Source of the DNA: an uncultured Fimbriimonadaceae bacterium | GTDB taxonomy: Bacteria > Armatimonadota > UBA10988 | Direction of reading: 5' to 3' | DNA: 64,000 nucleotides | Assembly (NCBI GenBank): GCA_964531735.1 | Contig: CAZHGD010000010.1 | Location: 9,673 to 73,672, forward strand | Part shown: piece by piece, positions 31,476 to 39,819 of the stretch | How the letters are laid out: each line of letters starts with the position of its first letter | Numbering within the stretch: position 1 is the stretch's first letter | Made by a program: the position numbers and the translations under genes | The notes under the pieces: model-generated | Database searches by the model: none | Told to the model about the DNA's origin: nothing | The model's input: only the letters and a program-made list of their open reading frames with translations

Positions 31476-32750
31476 ATGAAGAAGCTCGACGAGGTGCTGG
31501 CGCGCCTGGCGACGATCGGTCCGGAGGCCGAGGCCGCCGGGCAGGAGGTGGTCGACCATTACGAGACGGAGCTCGATCAGGTCACCCAGCACCTGAGCCA
31601 GGTCTACGAGGAACTGATGCTGCTCTACGATGTGGGCAGCGAAATCGGCGCCAGTCTCGACCCGAACGACATTGCCGACCGGGCGATCGCGCGGATGCAC
31701 GACCTGTTCGAGGGCTCGCACGGCGTGGTCGTGTTGGTCAGTCCGCCCGACCAGCCGCTGGTGCTCGGCTCCGAGGCGTATGCGGCCGACGGCCTGGCCT
31801 TGGTGCAGTGGGCCACCGAGCAGGCCATGACCAAGGATCGGTCGGTGATCGCCAACGATCTGGCGGATGTCGGCGCGCCGGCCACGCCGGGCGTCCACGC
31901 GCTGCTCAGTTCGCCGCTGCGGGCCCGGGGTCGGCTCATCGGCGCCGTGCTGGTGGTGGGCACCGGTGCGGGCAGCGACTATAGCACTCAGGACCAGATG
32001 CTCCTGGAGACCATCGCCTCGCAGATCGGCGTCTCGATTGAGAACAGCCGCCTGTTCCAGCGCGAGCAGCAGCACGCCCGGCACCTGACCGAGGCGCTCG
32101 ACGAGCTGCGCAGCACCTACGACGACACACTGGCCGCGCTGAGCGGCGCGCTGGACCTGCGCGACAACGAGACCGAGGGCCACGCTCGGCGGGTGACGCG
32201 GTTCGCCGTGTGCATTGCGCGGCAGCTCGGTTGCGACGCGGAGGCGCAGCTCGACATCGAGCGCGGCGCGCTGATGCACGACATCGGCAAGATCGGCGTG
32301 CCGGACGCCATTCTGCTCAAGCCGGGCAAGCTGACCGACGAGGAATGGGCCGTGATGCGCACGCATCCGGTGCTCGGCTGGCAGATGATCCGCAACATCC
32401 GCTTCCTGGCCGGGGCCGCCCCGGTGGTGCTCCATCACCACGAGCGTTACGACGGCAAGGGCTATCCGGCCCAGTTGGCCGGTGCCGACATACCGCTCGG
32501 GGCCCGCATCTTCGCGATCGCCGACACCTTCGACGCGATGACCAGCGATCGACCGTACCGCAAGGCGCTGGGCTACGAGGAGACGTACGCAGAGGTCATC
32601 AAGTGCGCGGGCTCGCAGTTCGACCCGGACGTCGTGGCGGCCTTCGCCAGCGTGGCCGAGGGCGAATGGGCCGAGGTCCGCACGACGGTCGAGACCGAGC
32701 TGGCACTCAAGCGGCGTGACGCCATGCCGCCGCTGCGGGATATGTCGTGA
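31476..32750 (+). CDS. GAF + HD-GYP domain protein (putative c-di-GMP phosphodiesterase)
   Basis: HD...GYP signature: ALMHDIGKIGVPD...HHERYDGKGYP...ADTFDAMTSDRPYR. ATG 31476 with a GGGGAG SD. Confidence 0.8.
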   Translation: MKKLDEVLARLATIGPEAEAAGQEVVDHYETELDQVTQHLSQVYEELMLLYDVGSEIGASLDPNDIADRAIARMHDLFEGSHGVVVLVSPPDQPLVLGSEAYAADGLALVQWATEQAMTKDRSVIANDLADVGAPATPGVHALLSSPLRARGRLIGAVLVVGTGAGSDYSTQDQMLLETIASQIGVSIENSRLFQREQQHARHLTEALDELRSTYDDTLAALSGALDLRDNETEGHARRVTRFAVCIARQLGCDAEAQLDIERGALMHDIGKIGVPDAILLKPGKLTDEEWAVMRTHPVLGWQMIRNIRFLAGAAPVVLHHHERYDGKGYPAQLAGADIPLGARIFAIADTFDAMTSDRPYRKALGYEETYAEVIKCAGSQFDPDVVAAFASVAEGEWAEVRTTVETELALKRRDAMPPLRDMS

Positions 32751-33439
32751 GCCTCGGCGCCGCGGCGGTCTGCTTCGACGCCTACGATACGCTGGTGACG
32801 CTCGACGACCCGGTTGGCCGCCTGATGGGCGTGTTGCAGGGGCACGGCGTCGAGGTGACCTGGGCGACCGCCGCCGCCGCGTTTGCGGCCGAGGCGGCCT
32901 ACTACCGGGTGCACTCGCTGGAGGGCGCCGACGAGGCGCGCCTGGAGGCGCTGCGCCACGAGTGTGGCCGCCGGCTGGCCGAGGTCGTGGCTCGTGAGCA
33001 GCCGCAGGTGCCCGGCGGTCTGTGCTGGCGCGACGTGCTGATGGCGGCGCTCAGCTTCCGGCTCCAGCCGGGCGTGTTGGCGTGTCTGCAGACGCTGAAG
33101 TCCTGGCGTGTGCCCATGGCCGTGGTCAGCAACTGGGACTGCTGCCTGACCGAGGTGTTGGCGAGCGTCGGGCTGACCGGCTACTTCGTGAGCATCACCG
33201 CCTCGGCGCTGGTCGGCTGCGAGAAGCCCGATCCGCGGACGTGGGCGCCGGCGCTGGCCGCGCTGAACGGCCGCGCCGAACGGATCTGGCACGTGGGCGA
33301 CGAGCCGGTGGCCGACGGCCAGGGCGCGCTCGCGGCCGGCCTGCGACCGGTCTTGGTCGGCGGGCCACCGCCGGCGGACGGCCTGACGCACCTTGCCGAC
33401 CTGTCGGAGCTGCCCAGGCTGCTGCAGTCGGCGGCGTGA
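32747..33439 (+). CDS. HAD-superfamily hydrolase
   Basis: Motif I VCFDAYDTLV; motif IV WHVGDEP. GTG start overlaps the HD-GYP TGA stop (GTGA). Confidence 0.7.
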   Translation: MSLGAAAVCFDAYDTLVTLDDPVGRLMGVLQGHGVEVTWATAAAAFAAEAAYYRVHSLEGADEARLEALRHECGRRLAEVVAREQPQVPGGLCWRDVLMAALSFRLQPGVLACLQTLKSWRVPMAVVSNWDCCLTEVLASVGLTGYFVSITASALVGCEKPDPRTWAPALAALNGRAERIWHVGDEPVADGQGALAAGLRPVLVGGPPPADGLTHLADLSELPRLLQSAA

Positions 33440-33463
33440 CGCGGACCGCCGTTGGAGGCTGCT

Positions 33464-34525
33464 GTGGCGAGCTATGTTCTGGGTATCGAAACCAGTTGCG
33501 ACGAGACCGCGGCCGCCGTCTACGGTGACGACGGCCTGTGCGCGAACGTGGTGTCATCACAGTTGGCCGCCCACGAGGTGTTCGGCGGCGTGGTACCCGA
33601 GCTGGCCTCGCGGATGCACATCGAGGCGGTCCATCCGGTCATCGACGGGGCGCTGCGCGAGGCCGGGCTGACGCCGGCCGGCCTGACCGCGGTGGCGGTG
33701 AGCCACGGGCCGGGTTTGGTCGGGTCGCTGCTCGTCGGCGTCTGCGCCGCCAAGGGCTTCTGCTGGGGCGCGGGGCTCCCGCTGATGGGCCTCAACCACC
33801 TCGAAGGCCACCTGTACAGCAACTTCGTCGAGCCACCGTTGCCCAGCTTTCCGTTCCTGGCGCTGATTGCGTCGGGCGGGCACAGCGACCTGTTGCTGGT
33901 GCGCGACCATGGCTGCTATGAAGTGCTCGGGCGAGCGCGTGACGACGCCGCGGGCGAGGCGTTCGACAAGGTGGGTCGGCGCCTCGGCCTGGAGTATCCC
34001 GGCGGCCCACGGCTGGACCAACTGGCCGAGGACGGCGACCCGACCGCATTCGACCTGCCGCGAGCCTGGCTGGACGGGGCCGACGAGTTCAGTTTCTCCG
34101 GCCTCAAGACGGCGGTGGTGCGACTGTGTGAGGAACTCGGCGCCGATCGCGTGGCCCAGCGGCTGCCCGATCTCTGCGCCTCGTTCCGGCAGGCCGTGGT
34201 CGACGTCCTGGTGCGCAAGACGTTCGCCGCCGCCGCACGGCATGGCGTATCGCAGGTCACGTTGTGCGGCGGCGTGGCGGCCAACCGCGGGCTGCGGCGC
34301 GAGATGCAGGCCGCGGCGGACCGTCTGGGCCTGACCCTGGCGGTGCCCGCGTTCCGCTACTGCACCGACAACGCCGCGATGGTGGCCTGTGCCGGTTGGC
34401 ATCGCTGGCGGCACGGCGGTGCCGACGGGCTGGCGCTGGATGTGTCCTCGGGCCTGCCCTTGCCGTTGCCGGGTCAATGGGCCGGGCTGACGTCGGGTGG
34501 AGAACGGCGATGCTGCGGTGGCTGA
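33464..34525 (+). CDS. tsaD: tRNA N6-adenosine threonylcarbamoyltransferase TsaD
   Basis: YVLGIETSCDETAAAV, HLEGHLY, GGVAAN Kae1/TsaD signatures. ORF trimmed to GTG 33464 with a GGAGG SD 5 nt upstream. Confidence 0.85.
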   Translation: MASYVLGIETSCDETAAAVYGDDGLCANVVSSQLAAHEVFGGVVPELASRMHIEAVHPVIDGALREAGLTPAGLTAVAVSHGPGLVGSLLVGVCAAKGFCWGAGLPLMGLNHLEGHLYSNFVEPPLPSFPFLALIASGGHSDLLLVRDHGCYEVLGRARDDAAGEAFDKVGRRLGLEYPGGPRLDQLAEDGDPTAFDLPRAWLDGADEFSFSGLKTAVVRLCEELGADRVAQRLPDLCASFRQAVVDVLVRKTFAAAARHGVSQVTLCGGVAANRGLRREMQAAADRLGLTLAVPAFRYCTDNAAMVACAGWHRWRHGGADGLALDVSSGLPLPLPGQWAGLTSGGERRCCGG

Positions 34526-36912
34526 TGGCGCTACGGCGGGCCCGTGGCGAACTGCTCAGCGCGGCGTACGACAAGCTGGCGCAGACGGGCAGCCCGCTGG
34601 AGCGCCACGAGGCGGAGTACCTGGTGCGCACGGCCGTCAACGCCTACCTGGTGGCGCTGACACAGGGCGACGCCGAGCATCTGGCCGAGTCCATGGCCTT
34701 GCTGGCCGAGCGCGAGGCGCGGGCCGGCAACGCGTTGCGCGTGGAGGCCGTGGTCGTGGGTCTCGACCTGCTGGCTCAGCAGGTGCGTGAGCTGGCCGAC
34801 GATGGTCGGCCGACCGGCTCGCTCGATCCACTGGCCCTGCTCGACCTGGGTCGGGAGCGGTTCGTGAGCGTCTACCTGCGCGCCAAGGCGACCGAGGATG
34901 AACGCCGCGCCCGGGCCTTGGAGAGCTACGCCGAGGCGGCCGAGGAGATGCCGCACATCGTCTACAGCACCGACGCCGATGGCCGGATCACCGACATCAA
35001 CCACCTGGCCGCCGAGCTGCTGGGTTACCGCAAAGAGGACCTACTGGGCCGCCATCACAGTGTCCTGATGCGTCCCGAGGACGCGGTGCGCTACCGCCAC
35101 TTCGTGCAGGAGCGGCGCACCGAGGCGCGGGCGACGCGCCGCGAGCGAGTGCTGTTGCGCACGGCCGAGGGCGCGGTGCGCGAGTTCGAGGTCAGTTCGA
35201 CCGGCGTCTACGGCGCCGATGGGGTCTACCTGGGCAGCGACGGCCTGGCCCGGGCCGTCAGCGGCGAGGTGCTGCAGTTGGAGTACCAACTGGATCCCGA
35301 TGGCCGCTTCCAGGCGATCAGTGATGCCGCGGCGGCGGCCTTGGGCTATCTGGCCGACGAGCTGCTGGGCCAGCACTTCTCGGCCCTGATGGATGAGCGC
35401 GAGCGCGAGCGGGTGGGCCACATGTTCGGCGAACGCCGCGCCGATGACCGCGCCGCCAGCGGCATTCGGGTGGTGCTGACCGGGCGAGACGGAGCCCGGC
35501 GCGAATTCGAGATCAGTGCCGCCGGCCGGTACGATGCCGGCGGCCAGTTCGTCGGTACCGTCGGCCTGGGCAGCGATCTGTCGGAGCGTAGCGAGCTGGA
35601 ACGTGACGTGGCCGAGAGCCGCCGCCGGTACCACGCGGTGTTCGACCACGTGGGCGTGGGCTTGAGCGTGATCACCCCCGATCACACCGTCCGCGAGGCG
35701 AACGCCTGGCACCACCGCCGGCGGCGCCGTCCGGTGGCCGGTGGGCAGTGCTACCTCGGTCTGTATGGTGAGTCCGAGCCCTGCGAGTGGTGCGGCTTGC
35801 GCGAAGCGCTGTCAACCGGACAGGCGGTGGTCCGCGACAGTGTGGTCAGCGCGCTCGACGGCCGCTCGTACACGGTGGTGTTCACGCCGCTGCTCAGTCG
35901 TGGCGGTGAGACCATTGCGGTGATCGAGGTGACGCTGGATGCCACCAGCGAGCACGAGCGCCGCGAACGTGAGTTGGCCGGCGACAAGCACGGCGCTCTA
36001 CAACGTCTGTGCGCCGGGCTGTGTGAGCGGGCGGGTGGGGCCCTCACCGCCGCCGCGCTGCTGGCCGCCATGGTGCCGGCCGGCGACGCCATGGGCGAGG
36101 CCGTCGGCGCGGTGACCCAAGCGCTGGCGCCGCTGGCGCGCCTCGGTGGCCACCGGCTGCCGGTCCCGGGCGCCGGCCTTGACCTGAACGCCGCGGTGCG
36201 CGCCGCGCTGGCGTCGGTGGCGCTCAGTGACGGCGTCGACCTGGAGACCGACCTGCTGCCGACACTGCCACCGGTGGCTCTGGCGGCCGCCGACGCCGAG
36301 GAGTTGGTGGCCCAGTTGCTGGTCAACGCCAGGGAAGCGATGCCCACTGGTGGCACGCTGACCGTGGAGACCGGCCTCGACCGCGAGGGTCAGGTCGTGC
36401 TGCGGGTGAGCGACACCGGCGAAGGCATGTCGGAGACGGTGGCGCGGCAGGCCCGCGACCCGTTCTTCACCACCCGCGGTGCCGAGCGGGTCGGGTTGGG
36501 CTTGGCGCAGGTCGAGGCGCTGGCCCGGGCCGCCGATGGGAGCCTGGAACTGCACACCATGCCGGGTCTGGGCACGCAGGTCGAACTGCGCGTGCCTGCC
36601 CGCCAGCCGGTGCGCGCACGGGACACGGCGGCGAAGGCGGCGGCCGGGCGCCCGGCGGTCCGGGTGGCGGTGGCCGACCCGCTGCTGCAGCGAGCGCTGG
36701 AGCAGTACCTGGCCGCGAGCCCGACGTCACCGGATGGGCCGCCGGTGTGGGTGGTCGATCCGGCGAACCGGCCGCGGGCCGGCGGCGCCCGCGGCGTCGT
36801 GGTGCTGGCCACAGCGGCGGCGGATGAGCCGTCGCCGCAGCCGGAGGTGTACCTCGCGCTGCCGTTCGGCGTGGCCGCCCTGGAGCAGGCGATTGCGGAG
36901 GTGTCCGTCTGA
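34510..36912 (+). CDS. multi-PAS sensor protein with C-terminal HATPase_c (atypical histidine kinase)
   Basis: ORF 34264..36912 trimmed to ATG 34510 (GGTGGAG SD), overlapping the tsaD 3' end by 16 nt. At least three PAS-like segments; G1/G2 boxes (RVSDTGEGM...GLGLAQV). No canonical H-box seen. Confidence 0.75.
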   Translation: MLRWLMALRRARGELLSAAYDKLAQTGSPLERHEAEYLVRTAVNAYLVALTQGDAEHLAESMALLAEREARAGNALRVEAVVVGLDLLAQQVRELADDGRPTGSLDPLALLDLGRERFVSVYLRAKATEDERRARALESYAEAAEEMPHIVYSTDADGRITDINHLAAELLGYRKEDLLGRHHSVLMRPEDAVRYRHFVQERRTEARATRRERVLLRTAEGAVREFEVSSTGVYGADGVYLGSDGLARAVSGEVLQLEYQLDPDGRFQAISDAAAAALGYLADELLGQHFSALMDERERERVGHMFGERRADDRAASGIRVVLTGRDGARREFEISAAGRYDAGGQFVGTVGLGSDLSERSELERDVAESRRRYHAVFDHVGVGLSVITPDHTVREANAWHHRRRRRPVAGGQCYLGLYGESEPCEWCGLREALSTGQAVVRDSVVSALDGRSYTVVFTPLLSRGGETIAVIEVTLDATSEHERRERELAGDKHGALQRLCAGLCERAGGALTAAALLAAMVPAGDAMGEAVGAVTQALAPLARLGGHRLPVPGAGLDLNAAVRAALASVALSDGVDLETDLLPTLPPVALAAADAEELVAQLLVNAREAMPTGGTLTVETGLDREGQVVLRVSDTGEGMSETVARQARDPFFTTRGAERVGLGLAQVEALARAADGSLELHTMPGLGTQVELRVPARQPVRARDTAAKAAAGRPAVRVAVADPLLQRALEQYLAASPTSPDGPPVWVVDPANRPRAGGARGVVVLATAAADEPSPQPEVYLALPFGVAALEQAIAEVSV

Positions 36913-38132
36913 TGCGGAGCGACCAACGTGGCCCCGACTTCGCCGCCGTGCGACAGCAGGCGGCCGACCTGCTCGAAGCCATCGGCCGTGGCGAGGTGGC
37001 GCCGGTGTACCTGTTCAGCGGCGAGGACGACTTCCAGCGCCAGGCGATGGTGCGGCGAGTGGTGGCGCGGTTGGTGCCGGAGGAGCAGCGCGACACGCAG
37101 TTGCAGGTGCTGGACGGCGGCGACGCGACGGGCCGGCAGGTGGCCGGCGAGCTGGAGTCGGCCGGCTTCCGGTTTGGCGACGAGCCGCGGCGAGTGGTCC
37201 TGGTGCGCGACGCGCCGTTCTTCCAGAGCGGCAAGGCCGAGCTCGGCGAACCCCTGAAGGCGCGCCTGGAGAGCGGCCTGCTCGAAGACGTGGTGCTGGT
37301 GATGGAGGTCCGCGGCAACGTGGACAAGCGGCTCGGCGTGACCAAGGCGGTGGCCGCGGTGGGCATCTGCCTGGAGTTCCCGAAGCTGGCCAACGAGCGT
37401 GATGTCGAGCAGTTCCTGCAGGCTCGGCTGCGACGAGCGGAGAAGACGATGTCGCGGTCGGCGAACGCCGAACTGGTGGTCCGCTGCGGTACCGACGCGC
37501 AGATCCTCGCCAACGAGGCGGACAAGCTGATCAGCTACGTGGGTGACCGCGGCAGCATCGAGTTGGCCGATGTGCAGGCGATGGTCGCGCCCACGGCGGC
37601 GCTCAGCGTGTTCGATCTGGTCGACGCGGTGGCCGAACGGAAGACGCAGGCGGCGCTGGACCAACTGGAGGGACTGCTCGGCCAGCAGGCCGAGCCGTTC
37701 ATGATCCTGGCGATGCTCATTCGGCAGTTCCGGCTGCTGTTGCAGGCGCGCTACCTGATCGACGAGGGCTTGGTGGACAACCGGCTGCTCAACCAGCGTC
37801 CATACGACTTCGGGGGCACGGTGAACACCAAAAAGGCGGGCCGGTCACTCCTGGACGAGTGGAAGGAACAGGTGGCCGGCGTGCTGCCCACCGAGGGCAA
37901 GCAGAGCCTGTTCACGCAGCACTACTTCCCGCTCTACCGGTCGCTCGCGACGGCCCGGCGCCTGCCGGCCGGTCTGCTCGAAGGGGCCATGGAGCGGCTG
38001 CTCCAGACCGATCTCGGACTCAAGTCGTCGCACCTCGATCCGCGGCTCGAGATGGAGACGCTGGTCGTCGACCTCTGCACCAGAATGGAGGCGGGTGCCA
38101 CGGTGGCGTACGACACGCTGCTGGACATCTAG
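36912..38132 (+). CDS. holA: DNA polymerase III subunit delta (HolA)
   Basis: Delta-subunit-like N-terminus (VYLFSGEDDFQRQ...RRVVLVRDAPFF) and length. ATG overlaps the preceding TGA (TGATG). Confidence 0.7.
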   Translation: MRSDQRGPDFAAVRQQAADLLEAIGRGEVAPVYLFSGEDDFQRQAMVRRVVARLVPEEQRDTQLQVLDGGDATGRQVAGELESAGFRFGDEPRRVVLVRDAPFFQSGKAELGEPLKARLESGLLEDVVLVMEVRGNVDKRLGVTKAVAAVGICLEFPKLANERDVEQFLQARLRRAEKTMSRSANAELVVRCGTDAQILANEADKLISYVGDRGSIELADVQAMVAPTAALSVFDLVDAVAERKTQAALDQLEGLLGQQAEPFMILAMLIRQFRLLLQARYLIDEGLVDNRLLNQRPYDFGGTVNTKKAGRSLLDEWKEQVAGVLPTEGKQSLFTQHYFPLYRSLATARRLPAGLLEGAMERLLQTDLGLKSSHLDPRLEMETLVVDLCTRMEAGATVAYDTLLDI

Positions 38133-38144
38133 CCGGGAGACGCC

Positions 38145-39206
38145 ATGCGCGCGGTCGAGCCGACGGCGGGCGAGGCAGTTCCGCTCGACGAGCTGGACAG
38201 GCAGCTTCTGAACGCGCTGCAGAGCGCGTTCCCTCTGGTCGCCCGGCCGTTCGACGCCGTGGGCGCAGCGCTCGGACTGCCGGGCGCTGAGGTGCTGGCC
38301 CGAGTGGCGCGTCTGAAGTCCACGCGGCTAGTCCGGCAGATCAGCGCCATCTTCGACAGTGGCCGGCTCGGGTACCATTCGTCACTGGTGGCGATGCGCT
38401 TTGACCCGCGCGACATCGACGCCGGCGCGGCGGTGATCAGCGCCCATCCGGGCGTCAGCCACAACTACCAGCGCAACCACGCCTTCAATCTGTGGTTCAC
38501 CCTCGCCGTGCCGCCGGAGCGGACCATCGCGGCCGAAGTGGCGGCGCTGGCCGACCGGGCGCGGCCCGAGCAGACCTGGCTGCTGCCGACCATCCGGCTG
38601 TTCAAGATCGGCGTGAACCTGGACCTGACCGGCGAGGCGCCGGTGACCGCGGTGGACGACCGGCCCGCGCCGAGCAGCGCGCCGGCGGCGCCGCCGGTGA
38701 CGCTGACCACCGCCGAGCTGGCCGCGGTCCGCGCGCTGCAACGCGACCTGCCGCTGACCGCCGAGCCCTTTGCCGACCTGGCGGTGTCGGCCGGGCTGAG
38801 CCCTGAGCGGTTACTGGCACTGGCGCTGGCGATGCGCGAGCGGGGCGTGCTCCGGCGGTTCGCCGCGGTGCTCCACCACCGGCGGGCCGGCTTCCAGGCC
38901 AACGGCATGGGGGTGTGGGCGGTGCCGCCCGCCGACATCGACACCGTGGCGCCGCGGATGGCGGCTTACCAGGCGGTCAGCCACTGCTACCAGCGACCCA
39001 CCGGACCGGGTTGGCCCTACTCGGTGTTCACCATGATCCACGGCCGGCAGGCCGGCGATTGCGAAGCGGTGGTCGAGGCCATCGCCGCCGCGACGGGGGT
39101 GCTGGAGCATGCGTTGCTGTACAGCACCAAGGAGTACAAGAAGACCCGGGTGCGGTACTTCCTCGACGACGACGCCTTCGACGTGGCCAGCATCCCGGCT
39201 CGCTGA
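38145..39206 (+). CDS. tandem Lrp/AsnC-like NirD/NirL/AhbA-AhbB family protein (putative siroheme decarboxylase-type fusion)
   Basis: Two repeats of LxELDRQLLNALQSAFPL...PF / LTAELAAVRALQRDLPLTAEPF, each followed by a ligand-binding half (HPGVSHNYQR / YQAVSHCYQRP). This architecture matches AhbA/AhbB and NirDL. No other heme d1 or alternative-heme genes in the window. Confidence 0.55.
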   Translation: MRAVEPTAGEAVPLDELDRQLLNALQSAFPLVARPFDAVGAALGLPGAEVLARVARLKSTRLVRQISAIFDSGRLGYHSSLVAMRFDPRDIDAGAAVISAHPGVSHNYQRNHAFNLWFTLAVPPERTIAAEVAALADRARPEQTWLLPTIRLFKIGVNLDLTGEAPVTAVDDRPAPSSAPAAPPVTLTTAELAAVRALQRDLPLTAEPFADLAVSAGLSPERLLALALAMRERGVLRRFAAVLHHRRAGFQANGMGVWAVPPADIDTVAPRMAAYQAVSHCYQRPTGPGWPYSVFTMIHGRQAGDCEAVVEAIAAATGVLEHALLYSTKEYKKTRVRYFLDDDAFDVASIPAR

Positions 39207-39253
39207 CCGGTGCCCGAGCCCGCCGCCGACCGGATCAGGCGCCGGTGCGAGGC

Positions 39254-39283
39254 TTGACGGCGAGGTTTCGGTTCGGCGATAAT
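39254..39283 (+). promoter_or_regulatory. sigma70-like promoter upstream of the HIT gene
   Basis: TTGACG (39254-39259), 18 nt, GATAAT (39278-39283), 26 nt before ATG 39310. Confidence 0.35.
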
Positions 39284-39309
39284 GGCCCACCAAAGAGTAG
39301 GGACGTCAG

Positions 39310-39810
39310 ATGGAGCGGCTGTGGGCGCCGTGGCGGATGCGGTATGTTGAGGGTCCGAAGGTGCCGCGCGACGAGTGTGTGTTCTGTGTGGCCGGCGCCG
39401 CCGCCGACGATGCACAGACGCACGTGCTCCAGCGCGGCGAGCACAGTTTCTCGATTCTGAACCGCTATCCATACAACAACGGGCATCTGATGGTGGTCCC
39501 TTATGTACACGCCAGTGCGTTGGCCGAGGTAACGGATGCAGCGCTGGCGGAGATGATGCAGACCGCGGCGCGGTGGACGGCGGTGATGACTCAGGTGTTC
39601 CGCACCGACGGCTTCAACGCGGGACTGAACCTGGGCTCGGCCGCGGGCGCGGGCATCAAGGACCATCTGCACCTGCACCTGGTGCCGCGCTGGAACGGTG
39701 ATACGAATTTCATGCCGGTGGTGGGTGACGTGAAGGTGCTCCCTGAGGAGCTACCGGTCACCTGGCAGCGGCTCCGCGATGGCTGGCGTGAGTTGGTGGA
39801 CGGTGGTTAG
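39310..39810 (+). CDS. HIT-family (histidine triad) nucleotide hydrolase/transferase
   Basis: HLHLHLVPRW histidine triad; length 166 aa. Confidence 0.8.
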   Translation: MERLWAPWRMRYVEGPKVPRDECVFCVAGAAADDAQTHVLQRGEHSFSILNRYPYNNGHLMVVPYVHASALAEVTDAALAEMMQTAARWTAVMTQVFRTDGFNAGLNLGSAAGAGIKDHLHLHLVPRWNGDTNFMPVVGDVKVLPEELPVTWQRLRDGWRELVDGG

Positions 39811-39819
39811 GAGACAGCC

